Origin: Verrucomicrobiota bacterium
GTDB lineage: Bacteria; Verrucomicrobiota; Verrucomicrobiia; Opitutales; Cerasicoccaceae
NCBI GenBank assembly: GCA_039818205.1
Contig: JBCBUK010000002.1
Location: 480,001 to 544,000, forward strand
Direction: 5' to 3'
Length of the DNA: 64,000 nt
Positions 35,709 to 44,833 of this stretch are shown in pieces. Made by a program: the position numbers and the translations under genes. Position 1 is the stretch's first letter; each line of letters opens with the position of its first letter. The notes under the pieces are model-generated. The model was not told the origin of the DNA. It saw nothing but the letters and a program-made list of their open reading frames with translations, and made no database searches.

Positions 35709-37630
35709 GTATGTTTTTTTCGCTTATAAATTGGTTTGCGGCACATGAGTTTGATTTTGTTCCGAGCCCTCCACGAAAGTTCATCCATATAGCCTACGTG
35801 GATGTCACCGTAAAAGGCGAGGCGAATGGCGAGGTCGTCCTTGAGGAGTTCGACGACCGGGGGCTTCAGTTGGTGCTTCCAATTCAATTTAAATGCTAGG
35901 ATGTATTCAGGTTCCAACTCATCCCCTGTGTTCTTGCGCTGGACGAGATAGGTTTTGCTTATTTCAGGATAGGTCCGGAAGACGGAACTCATCGATTCAA
36001 TTGCGTCCTCGCTCAAGCCATGCGGCGCCATTTTCGTTTTTCCACTGATCTTTGACCGCTCCTGATGCTCGTCTCGTATACGATCTATGTGCTTCAAAAG
36101 ATCTTCAAAGATAGCCGTGGCGCGATCTGCGTCACCTGCCTTCAGGTAGTATTCGTGCAGCTGAAGCATTCCCTGGGACTTGAATCGGTAGCTCTCCTTG
36201 ACCAGCTTTAGCATGGTTTCGGCATAATGGTCGAGTTTCGTAATGTCTTCAGCTCGCTCGCACATTCGCAATTTTAGTTCAGCAAGGCAGAATTGTAGAC
36301 ATCGGTTTTCTGGAGAGCGCTCTGCGGCTTCCTCAAAGAATTTAAGGGCATTGCCAGGCTGACATAGGCTATCATAGATCGCCCCTGTCTTATAGAGGTC
36401 ATATACATTCTTGAATCCAATGTCCTGGTATTTGCGTTTAAGCTGAATGAGTTCCTTCTTGAAAATTTGACCTGATTGGTAGGTGAAATTCCAGATGTCA
36501 GCCAACATGGCCCGGGAGTGGTAGTCGTAGGCTTCGACATACTCCTCCATGCCTCCTTTTAGATACACCTGCACGGATTTCGCTAGCTTTAGTTGCTTCT
36601 GTTCCTTGGCTTCTTCTAGAGTCGTGCCGATGGCTTCAAGGCGATCGCTGAGAGAGGGGTGGACATCAAATGGGCCAGCTTTTTCAAGCATTGCCTTGCG
36701 GGTATATAGCTCGCTGAGATCTGAGCGAAGCCCCTCCATTGAAATGGCGAGCAAGTGATTATAAAATGAAAACGGGCCGCTTTCGTCCTTTAGCATTTGC
36801 TGGCGTAGCCGATCCATTGCGTGTGTTTCCGTGTAGGTGCTAGCAACACAGATACTCCGCAATGCAGAAGCGGTTAGCTGCCGATTGGTTAGCGATACGG
36901 CTACCTCATCGGCCTCGAGTTCGTGTCTGCGGGATAATACGCTTAGGTGAGAACAGAAACGCGGCAAATACCACTCGGCAAATCGTTTCAGCGGCCATCG
37001 AACTAAGATGGGAAGGGTCGCATTTTCGCTCGATACATTGGCCCAGCGAGCGGCTACATTTCTTACCCAGAAATTCTTTCGGTGCTTTTTCAAGTGGCCA
37101 AGCTCATGGGCGATTACCGAGCGCAGCTGGCCACCTGAGAGCATTGAAAAGAGAGGTAACCCGAGAACCAATGTATGCCCTTGTGTGCCGAGTAACCCAA
37201 AGGCTTTTTTTTTGTAGTGCATTGCTGCATTCATCTCGAACGATACGCAAATGCGTTTGACGCGTGGGCAATCTAGTTCGATGCGCATCTCATCAACTAG
37301 TTCGTACAAGTCATGATACCTAACCGGATTGAGCGGCAGAGCTGCTGGACTTTCTTTTGACGCAAAGAACAATGCGTGAATTAGAGCGCAGAAATCTCCG
37401 AGTAAGATTAAGGTTATAATCCCCCAAATCACTGGCATTTCCATCACTGAAAGTTGATAACCTGCGTATGCCAAAGGTACTGCATAGATCAATAAGCTGA
37501 GCCAGGTGGCAATCACTCCCAGGTTAGCGTAGGCATAAGTTCGGAGGAAGAACTGTTTCAAATCCTTTTCTGCATGACGTTGGACTGCTTTTACCCGTTC
37601 GTGGTAATCAAAATACTTGAACTTGCTCAT
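35705..37630 (-). CDS. M48 family membrane zinc metalloprotease with TPR-like C-terminal region
   Basis: VIAHELGH, HELEADE, HPSLSDRL; N-terminal TMs. Confidence 0.88.
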   Translation of the reverse strand: MSKFKYFDYHERVKAVQRHAEKDLKQFFLRTYAYANLGVIATWLSLLIYAVPLAYAGYQLSVMEMPVIWGIITLILLGDFCALIHALFFASKESPAALPLNPVRYHDLYELVDEMRIELDCPRVKRICVSFEMNAAMHYKKKAFGLLGTQGHTLVLGLPLFSMLSGGQLRSVIAHELGHLKKHRKNFWVRNVAARWANVSSENATLPILVRWPLKRFAEWYLPRFCSHLSVLSRRHELEADEVAVSLTNRQLTASALRSICVASTYTETHAMDRLRQQMLKDESGPFSFYNHLLAISMEGLRSDLSELYTRKAMLEKAGPFDVHPSLSDRLEAIGTTLEEAKEQKQLKLAKSVQVYLKGGMEEYVEAYDYHSRAMLADIWNFTYQSGQIFKKELIQLKRKYQDIGFKNVYDLYKTGAIYDSLCQPGNALKFFEEAAERSPENRCLQFCLAELKLRMCERAEDITKLDHYAETMLKLVKESYRFKSQGMLQLHEYYLKAGDADRATAIFEDLLKHIDRIRDEHQERSKISGKTKMAPHGLSEDAIESMSSVFRTYPEISKTYLVQRKNTGDELEPEYILAFKLNWKHQLKPPVVELLKDDLAIRLAFYGDIHVGYMDELSWRARNKIKLMCRKPIYKRKKHT

Positions 37631-38002
37631 AGTCGTACCAATCTGTAAGCGATTGTATATGATCTTTACATTTGCGTCCTAGTTATTTTCTTTGCTTGGC
37701 GCAGTCAAGCGGATAGGGGATGTGTTGGATTGGCGCACCATTCCCTGCACGGATTCTTAGAGAATTGAAATTTGTTATGCGTTGCTCGATTACTCTATTA
37801 GTGATTTTTCTGGCGTCGGATCTTTCTTCAGGCGAAAGCGCAAAACCCTTTCTTGGGCCTCTCATTCTGGGGACTTTTTGTCTTCCGTGTATTCTCTGAT
37901 AACCGGGAATTTCTGGGAGTTGACCCGCCTTAGTCTCAATAAGAAATCCTCCGAAGGCCGGTTTGGTGGTTTCGCAAAGTTGCCGTCATGGAGCTTCGAT
38001 CG

Positions 38003-38089
<87 letters not shown>

Positions 38090-38207
38090 GATCAGCGTGC
38101 GAATCTACTTTGAGAAGTAGAGTAAGGGAGAAAGGATGCATTCGAGCCGCTGTTGGACAAGGCCAAATCTTGCCAAAGTAACGTGCCCAATTTTTGCGGT
38201 ATCTGAG

Positions 38208-38259
38208 AAATAAATAAGGGGCCGACGGAAACCCCGAAACGTCGACCCCTTTTATATTT
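38208..38259 (-). terminator. Orphan intrinsic terminator between divergent genes
   Basis: 10-bp stem GGGGTCGACG/CGTCGGCCCC (G-U pair possible only on the minus strand) followed by TTATTTATTT. Confidence 0.7.
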
Positions 38260-38448
38260 GTTGGAAGCCTCTATTCCGAAGCAACCTGACGCCACTAATT
38301 TAGCATCGACCGTGCCAATCACTTGAATTTGGGAAAAATCCGAGCAATATGGGCATTATCATCGATGGGCCGGTCTGGAATGATGGGAAATTCTCACAGT
38401 TTGTTTATTCGACATTCGCTCAAATTCATATAGGGTATGTAATTCAGA

Positions 38449-40827
38449 ATGGGATCCATCGATCAGGTTAAACTCCCCACCCGCGTGTTGGTGATCGGAG
38501 ACGAGACTTCAAGTAGTTCTGAGATCACCGTCCCGGAAACGTGTAAAGCGCTGTACCACAAGGCTGAAGCAAACGCGATCAGCAGTCTTTGGCGAACCTG
38601 GGGTCCCGATTATTCGGTGGTTATTATTCAGCAGACAGTTTGGGAGATGGAGCCAATTCGCGCGTTTTTGGCTGAGATCCGGCGTTCGGTGGCGATTCTT
38701 GGTGTTCAAGAGCTGCTGTCTGTATCGGATTCTTTTGAGGCGGCTTGCGACGCAGTCATCGGATTGTCGGAGCTCGGGGAGGCATCAATCCTCATTAAAA
38801 GCCTTTGCAGCCTGACCAAGGCAAAGCGCGAGATGGTCGACGCCTCCGAGGAAAACGCGAAACTGTGTCAGCGCGTGCGGGTCCTCGACCAATTGTCAGA
38901 GGCTGTTATTGGAACGGACTTGAGTGGCCGCATCAAAGCTTGGAACCAACGCGCGGAGACGATGTTTGGCTACACTAGGCAGGAGGTGATCGGGAAACCT
39001 TTGAAGTTCATTTTTGACCAAGCGCATGGGCAAGGGCTTGAACTGCATAAGATCTTGGAGCCGCTCTTGGTATATAATCGCCATACTGTAGAAACTGATA
39101 TCAGGACTCGGAACGGATTGATGCTTCCCATTCATGCATCGCTGACTTTGGAACGAAATTCTCGGAGCGACATCGTGGGCTTCATATGCTGCTGTCGCGA
39201 CATTAGTTTACGCCGCCGGGTAGAGGGAGAGAAGCGCGCGGCTTACCAACGGCTGACGTTTTTCATCGAGCGTATGCCACTCGGCTTTATTGAGTGGGGG
39301 CTAGATGGCTCTATTCGGGCCTGGAATCGGGCTGCAGAAACGATTTTTGGCTATACCCAGAAGGAGGCGTTAGGGCAGCCCTTTACGATCTTAATCCGCG
39401 ACAACTTCATTGAGGATTGTCAGAAGATGTTCGCCTTGATGAAGGAACAGAAGGGAGGCTACCGCAGCAGCAACCATAACGTGACGCGGGACGGGCGGGT
39501 AGTTACCTGTGAGTGGAATAATACACCCTTGCTGGACGATAATGAGCAGGTGATTGGGTTTGCCTCGATTGTTGAGGATATCACGGATCGGATACGGACT
39601 GAGGACGAATTAACCCGCTCCCGCGAAGCAGCTCGTTCAGCAAATCGCAGTAAGGATGAATTCTTGGCGGTCATGAGCCATGAGGTCCGAACTCCCATGA
39701 ATTCAATTATTGGTTTCGCCGATCTGTTAATGGAATCACTGGATGATTCTGAGCAAACGGAATTGGTGAACATCATTAAAGCTAACGCATTTAACCTGCT
39801 TGAGTTGATTAGCAATGTACTCAACTACAGCCGATTGGAGGCGGGGCAGGTTCTCTTGCAGGAGCAGGATACAGACATTGCAGCCTTGCTGGTGGAAATC
39901 GAAGAGGTTGTGCAGGCCGAGGCCGTGGAGAAGCACTTGGGTTTTCACTATGAAGTCGTCGAGGGAACCCCGATGCATGTCCTGGCCGATTATCTTGAGC
40001 TGCGGCAAGTACTCCTTAATCTAACCGCGAATGCGGTCAAATTTACCCAGGTGGGCGAAGTGCGTATCCGAGTCAGCGCAAAAAAGTTGGCGGGAGAAAG
40101 CCCTTGGCAATGGGAATTGACCTTCGAGGTTATGGATACCGGTATCGGCATCGATGACAGCGCACACGGAAAACTTTTCCAGTCCTTTACGCAGCTTGAC
40201 TCATCCTCAACCCGGCGGTTCGGGGGAACAGGATTGGGCCTCGCGATTTGTCGGCGAATCGTCGAACTTTGGCAAGGGCATATCTGGGCGAAACGCAACG
40301 AGCCTCAGGGGTCGATTTTTGGCTTCACGCTGCCAACGAATGCGATTGTGCGCGCCGAGGAGGTCCTGGTCGGTAATGCCTCCTACGATGAGCTTGCGGA
40401 TGAGCAGTTCGTTAAGATGTTTCCGCTAAAGGTGGTTCTCATTAGCTCCAGTCAAACAACGCAGGAGATTATTGAGCGCCTGCTCGGCGGCTTGGGATAT
40501 CCAGTCGCGATCCATGATGAAGGGGTAGAAGCGGTCAATTACCTGCAGAACAAGCCCGCAGACTTAGTGTTTATTGATGACGATCTCGACGACTTTACTC
40601 AGGAAGAGCTGATCGAGATTATACAATCCGGTCAGGCGGGTCCGGGTAACTCGAATTCGCTCATCGCACTTTTTACGGAGCAATCCATGAGCAACAAAGA
40701 TGGTATGGGGCCGGAGTTCGATTCCTTCACTCAAATTAGGAAGCCGATCATCACGCGCAATGTTCGCCTAACACTGCGCAAGCTCGCTGTAGAATACCAC
40801 ACGGCGCAGGCGAACCGCGCAAAGTAG
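38449..40827 (+). CDS. Cytoplasmic hybrid histidine kinase (2 PAS, HisKA, HATPase, degenerate receiver)
   Basis: MSHEVRTPMNSI, NLTANAVKFT, DTGIG, GGTGLGLAI; PAS WN..AE.FGY. Confidence 0.93.
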   Translation: MGSIDQVKLPTRVLVIGDETSSSSEITVPETCKALYHKAEANAISSLWRTWGPDYSVVIIQQTVWEMEPIRAFLAEIRRSVAILGVQELLSVSDSFEAACDAVIGLSELGEASILIKSLCSLTKAKREMVDASEENAKLCQRVRVLDQLSEAVIGTDLSGRIKAWNQRAETMFGYTRQEVIGKPLKFIFDQAHGQGLELHKILEPLLVYNRHTVETDIRTRNGLMLPIHASLTLERNSRSDIVGFICCCRDISLRRRVEGEKRAAYQRLTFFIERMPLGFIEWGLDGSIRAWNRAAETIFGYTQKEALGQPFTILIRDNFIEDCQKMFALMKEQKGGYRSSNHNVTRDGRVVTCEWNNTPLLDDNEQVIGFASIVEDITDRIRTEDELTRSREAARSANRSKDEFLAVMSHEVRTPMNSIIGFADLLMESLDDSEQTELVNIIKANAFNLLELISNVLNYSRLEAGQVLLQEQDTDIAALLVEIEEVVQAEAVEKHLGFHYEVVEGTPMHVLADYLELRQVLLNLTANAVKFTQVGEVRIRVSAKKLAGESPWQWELTFEVMDTGIGIDDSAHGKLFQSFTQLDSSSTRRFGGTGLGLAICRRIVELWQGHIWAKRNEPQGSIFGFTLPTNAIVRAEEVLVGNASYDELADEQFVKMFPLKVVLISSSQTTQEIIERLLGGLGYPVAIHDEGVEAVNYLQNKPADLVFIDDDLDDFTQEELIEIIQSGQAGPGNSNSLIALFTEQSMSNKDGMGPEFDSFTQIRKPIITRNVRLTLRKLAVEYHTAQANRAK

Positions 40828-40833
40828 GACTGA

Positions 40834-41979
40834 TCAGATCACCTGAGCACCATTGCCTGTTAGTGTATGAAAGACCGATGCGGGTTGGCCAAAGCGCTCG
40901 AGGTATTCTCCCGCGATTGATTCGGCTGCAGCTTGGTCAAACTCATCGGTGGTAACTGCCATTACTGCGCCACCAAAGCCACCACCCGTCAAACGGGCTC
41001 CCCAGACGGAGGATTCATTGTGGAGCTTGTCGACGAGGAAATCTAATTCAGCAATGCTATTCTCGAAGTCGTCGCGTGAGCTCGCATGGGACGCAAAAAT
41101 GAGCCGGCCAACTTTCTCCATGTCTTTGTCTTCAAGAGCAGCTTTGACCGCGTGAACGCGGGCGCATTCGCTGACCACATGGTGGGCGCGGTGGTACAGT
41201 GCACCGCTTAATAGAATTCGGTTGTCCTCAAGGTCTTCGAGTGAGATCTCGGCGAGGCACTTAAGGTCTTTAAAGCGCGTTTGCAGATCGGCAAGTGCAT
41301 CCATGCATTCACGGTGGCGCGTGGAGTAGAGGGAATCCACCAAGGCATGCTTCTTGGCGGTATTAAAGACCCAGAAATTGACACCTTCAGGCATTCGGAT
41401 GTGGCCAAAGGTTTCCGTTTGGCAGTCGATACTCACCAGGTGATGTTCTTTGCCAAAGGTGCAAACTCCTTGGTCCAAGATGCCACAGGGGACACCTACG
41501 AAATTGTTTTCTGCTCGGCGAGCGAGGCGGGCTATTGCCTGGCGATCGATTTCGAAGCCGTAAAGTTCGCAAAGGGCACAAGCGCTCGACAGTTCGAAGG
41601 CGGCACTACTACTCATCCCGGAGCCAGCTGGCAGATCGCTATCAACGGCCATGTCGAATCCACTAGAGATTGTCATACCCGCTTTGATCAATTCATCCAG
41701 GACGCCAAGTGCGTAGTTGGCCCAGCCATCGTCGTCCGTCAAAGGTGCCAGTTCGCTCAGGCGAATTTCCACGCCACGGTGTATGGTGCCACTCCATATC
41801 CGGATAAGCTCGTCATTGCGCGGAGCCAATGCGACCGAGACGTGGCGGTTGACTGCGACACCCAAAACGGGTCCACCATTGTAGTCGGTATGGTTACCGA
41901 TAAACTCAAGGCGGCCAGGTGCTTGCGCACATACCGTAGGCTCGGATCCATACTGTTTTTTGAATAGGGCCTTAATCAC
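40834..41979 (-). CDS. galK: Galactokinase
   Basis: APGRLEFIGNHTDYNGG, PAGSGMSSSAA, CGILDQ, GARLTGGGFGG. Confidence 0.95.
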   Translation of the reverse strand: MIKALFKKQYGSEPTVCAQAPGRLEFIGNHTDYNGGPVLGVAVNRHVSVALAPRNDELIRIWSGTIHRGVEIRLSELAPLTDDDGWANYALGVLDELIKAGMTISSGFDMAVDSDLPAGSGMSSSAAFELSSACALCELYGFEIDRQAIARLARRAENNFVGVPCGILDQGVCTFGKEHHLVSIDCQTETFGHIRMPEGVNFWVFNTAKKHALVDSLYSTRHRECMDALADLQTRFKDLKCLAEISLEDLEDNRILLSGALYHRAHHVVSECARVHAVKAALEDKDMEKVGRLIFASHASSRDDFENSIAELDFLVDKLHNESSVWGARLTGGGFGGAVMAVTTDEFDQAAAESIAGEYLERFGQPASVFHTLTGNGAQVI

Positions 41980-42045
41980 AATCTTATTCCTAGAGGTCAG
42001 TTTCTTGCGTGCAAAGCATTAATTTCCCGCATAATCCGCTGTCCC

Positions 42046-42075
42046 AAAAAAACCCGCGCCAATAAGGCGCGGGTT
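42046..42075 (-). terminator. Intrinsic terminator of the HU gene
   Basis: AACCCGCGCC-ttatt-GGCGCGGGTTTTTTT on the minus strand. Confidence 0.88.
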
Positions 42076-42106
42076 GGGGTAAGGAAATATATCAAAGATT
42101 GAAATA

Positions 42107-42388
42107 CTAGGATACCAACGCCTTGAGGCCGGCACCTGGCTTGAACTTTACCGTCTTCGAAGCCTTGATCTTGATCTTCTCACCAGTCTTTGGATTAACA
42201 CCGATGCGAGCTGCGCGCTTAGCAACAGAGAAGGTTCCGAAACCGATGAGTTGTACACCAGCCTTGTCCTTCTTGATGCCTTTCTTTACTGCCTCCAATA
42301 CCGCTTCAACTGCGCGTTCGGCAGATGCCTTAGTTGCGTCTTTGCCGAGATTCTTTTGAACTTCAATAACCAGTTCTGCTTTATTCAT
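42107..42388 (-). CDS. hup: DNA-binding protein HU
   Basis: [37 protein letters not shown]. Confidence 0.96.
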   Translation of the reverse strand: MNKAELVIEVQKNLGKDATKASAERAVEAVLEAVKKGIKKDKAGVQLIGFGTFSVAKRAARIGVNPKTGEKIKIKASKTVKFKPGAGLKALVS

Positions 42389-42497
42389 ATTTGTAGTGTT
42401 TTGTGTTGCGTTAGTTGGGTTCGATAAACCTGATGCCTCTTATGATGTCTGAGGCCTTGAGTCGTCAACGAAATTAGCGCACAAAAATGCGTTTTTT

Positions 42498-42749
42498 TTA
42501 TTTTTCCAATCCTCTAGGGCCTTTATGTGGTGGGAAATCCCGAGGGGTCTCCCCTTGTGCTCCCCTTATCAAAAGGCTTAAGAGGTGTTCCATCGCCTCA
42601 ACCCGCTTGATACCGCGCTCCTCGGCGATCTGTTCCGAGCGTTTTAGGAGTTGCCTCGCCATGGTTCGTGCTTGTGATTCTGGGGAGCCCAATTGCTGAC
42701 ATAATTTCGTCAGCGACTCCTCATTTTGGCCCGATTCGTCATGCATCAT
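42498..42749 (-). CDS. Small helical hypothetical protein overlapping the ygfZ stop
   Basis: Start overlaps the end of ygfZ; protein-like amphipathic helices. Confidence 0.6.
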   Translation of the reverse strand: MMHDESGQNEESLTKLCQQLGSPESQARTMARQLLKRSEQIAEERGIKRVEAMEHLLSLLIRGAQGETPRDFPPHKGPRGLEK

Positions 42750-43644
42750 GTGTCGGTGTTTCGGCGACAATCTTTACGGTGCGATCGCCTGAATTTCCCA
42801 AGGTTAGCTGGGTGTCTTCGGTCACATACCGACGCTTTAGAACAGCAAGCCCAAGCGCGGTTTGTTCGTTTTTCGAACATTGACTGGTAATGGATCCAAT
42901 GGCCTTTTCGCCCGCGTAAACGGAAACTTTGTCATTGGTAGGTTGGGGAAACTCGACAAGAAAGAGCGCTCGTTGCGGACGGCCCATGGCGTGAAGCCGA
43001 GCCATAACTTCCTGCCCGAGATAACACCCCTTCGTGTAGCTGACGGCGGCACTCGAAAGGTCGGCGCCTTCGTGGGGTAGGTCATCCGTTCCGATGTCCT
43101 GCGGAATGGCCGGGATGCCTGCATCGATGCGGAGTTGGAGCATCGCGTGCACGTCGGCTTCAGTTGCCGTATCCTCCGCGAAGGGATCGTTTGAATCGCG
43201 GGAAACCAAGCACTCAAAATGGATCTTATTCATGCGGCGACCACGGAAAATATACGCTTTTGCCTGGTGATTATAAGCTCCCGCGGCGGGAAGTCGTTGA
43301 TTGATCCATGCTTCGTCACCCCAGTAGGTTATCAATTGGAAGCTAGCGGATACGTCCTCGAATTCAACCTCATCTGCGATAACATTTGCTTCCACGGTCT
43401 CCAACACTTGGGCGGGGTCGCAGAAGTAGCTGACCAAGTAAAAAGACTCGTCACCGGTGCGTATTATAAATGCGTCTGCCTGGACCTTTCCTTTGCGGTT
43501 GAGGAAAAGTCCATAGGTCACCGGTTGGTCGCCGGAACTCTTTAAATCGTTGGAAAACTGACTCTGGAGATAGCTGAGCGCATCCTCACCCGTCACGGAA
43601 ATGACGCAAATTTGCGGGGCGGTATATCGAAAAAGATTAGCCAT
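42739..43644 (-). CDS. ygfZ: Folate-binding Fe-S cluster repair protein YgfZ
   Basis: VTGEDALSYLQSQ, KGCYLGQE signature. Confidence 0.92.
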   Translation of the reverse strand: MANLFRYTAPQICVISVTGEDALSYLQSQFSNDLKSSGDQPVTYGLFLNRKGKVQADAFIIRTGDESFYLVSYFCDPAQVLETVEANVIADEVEFEDVSASFQLITYWGDEAWINQRLPAAGAYNHQAKAYIFRGRRMNKIHFECLVSRDSNDPFAEDTATEADVHAMLQLRIDAGIPAIPQDIGTDDLPHEGADLSSAAVSYTKGCYLGQEVMARLHAMGRPQRALFLVEFPQPTNDKVSVYAGEKAIGSITSQCSKNEQTALGLAVLKRRYVTEDTQLTLGNSGDRTVKIVAETPTHDA

Positions 43645-43762
43645 AAACCGTTAGCGGTAGCACACTTGATGTCTGCTGTCAGGTTTTTAGCCTTGAATTA
43701 CGCGGCTTCTTGGGCGTTTATGCCCGCTTTTTCCGAAGCCCTAACATCCGGCCCAAAGCCTC

Positions 43763-44833
43763 ATGCAAGTATTGCCCGTGATAAACACGACCGACATCAA
43801 TATCGAATCCTTCCGCGAATTGCCAACGCCGGAGGAGCTTTTGGCGTCCATTCCCAAGAACGAAGCGCAGGCCGCTTTCGTCACGGAAGCGCGCGATTCG
43901 ATTCACCGCATTATCTTTGGTGATGATCCCCACTTGCTGGTCATCGTTGGGCCTTGCTCAATTCATGACCTTGAAGCCGGTCGCGAGTATGCCCGCCGTT
44001 TGGTGGAGCTAGCTGAGGAGTTGAAGGACCGTCTATATATCGTGATGCGGGTCTATTTCGAGAAGCCTCGGACGACCGTGGGCTGGAAGGGCCTCATCAT
44101 GGATCCACATTTGAATGGCTCCTACGATATCCCGGAGGGCTTGAAGATTGCCCGCAACTTTCTGCGTGAAGTTATCGACATCGGTTTGCCAACCGCGACC
44201 GAGTTGCTCGATCCCATCACACCACAATACATTGCCGACCTCATTTGCTGGACCGCCATTGGAGCGCGGACAACCGAGAGTCAAACCCACCGCCAAATGG
44301 CGTCGGGCCTTTCGATGCCTTTGGGTTTCAAGAACAGCACGGACGGTAGCATTGAAGCTGCGATCAATGCGATCAAGGCCGCGAGCCAGCAACAGACTTT
44401 CCTCGGAATCGCGGCTAACGGTCGGGCCTCGGCAGTCACTACCAAGGGTAATCCAAATTGTCACCTCGTTCTCCGTGGTGGCAAAGCCGGGCCAAATTAC
44501 TCGGCTGAGCACGTCGGCGACTATGCGAAACTCCTAGAGAGCAAAGGACTGATTCCGGCAGTTATGGTTGACTGTGCGCATGACAATAGTGGTAAAGATC
44601 CCGCCAAGTCTCCCGCAATTTTGGCGGAGGCGACCCAGCAGATTCTTGATGGCAACAATGCGATGATTGGTGCGATGATCGAGAGCAACATCAATGCTGG
44701 GAATCAAAAATTTCCCCAGCCTTTGGATGAACTGAAATATGGTGTCTCGATCACGGATCCATGCCTGAACTGGGAAGACACGCAGACCGCTTTGCGCGAG
44801 ACTTACGAAAAGCTGGCTCCTCGCTTTGCTTAG
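43763..44833 (+). CDS. 3-deoxy-7-phosphoheptulonate (DAHP) synthase, class I-alpha (AroF/G/H type)
   Basis: GPCSIHD, RVYFEKPRTTVGWKG, IGARTTESQ.HR, GFKN.TDG, YGVSITDPC. Confidence 0.96.
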   Translation: MQVLPVINTTDINIESFRELPTPEELLASIPKNEAQAAFVTEARDSIHRIIFGDDPHLLVIVGPCSIHDLEAGREYARRLVELAEELKDRLYIVMRVYFEKPRTTVGWKGLIMDPHLNGSYDIPEGLKIARNFLREVIDIGLPTATELLDPITPQYIADLICWTAIGARTTESQTHRQMASGLSMPLGFKNSTDGSIEAAINAIKAASQQQTFLGIAANGRASAVTTKGNPNCHLVLRGGKAGPNYSAEHVGDYAKLLESKGLIPAVMVDCAHDNSGKDPAKSPAILAEATQQILDGNNAMIGAMIESNINAGNQKFPQPLDELKYGVSITDPCLNWEDTQTALRETYEKLAPRFA

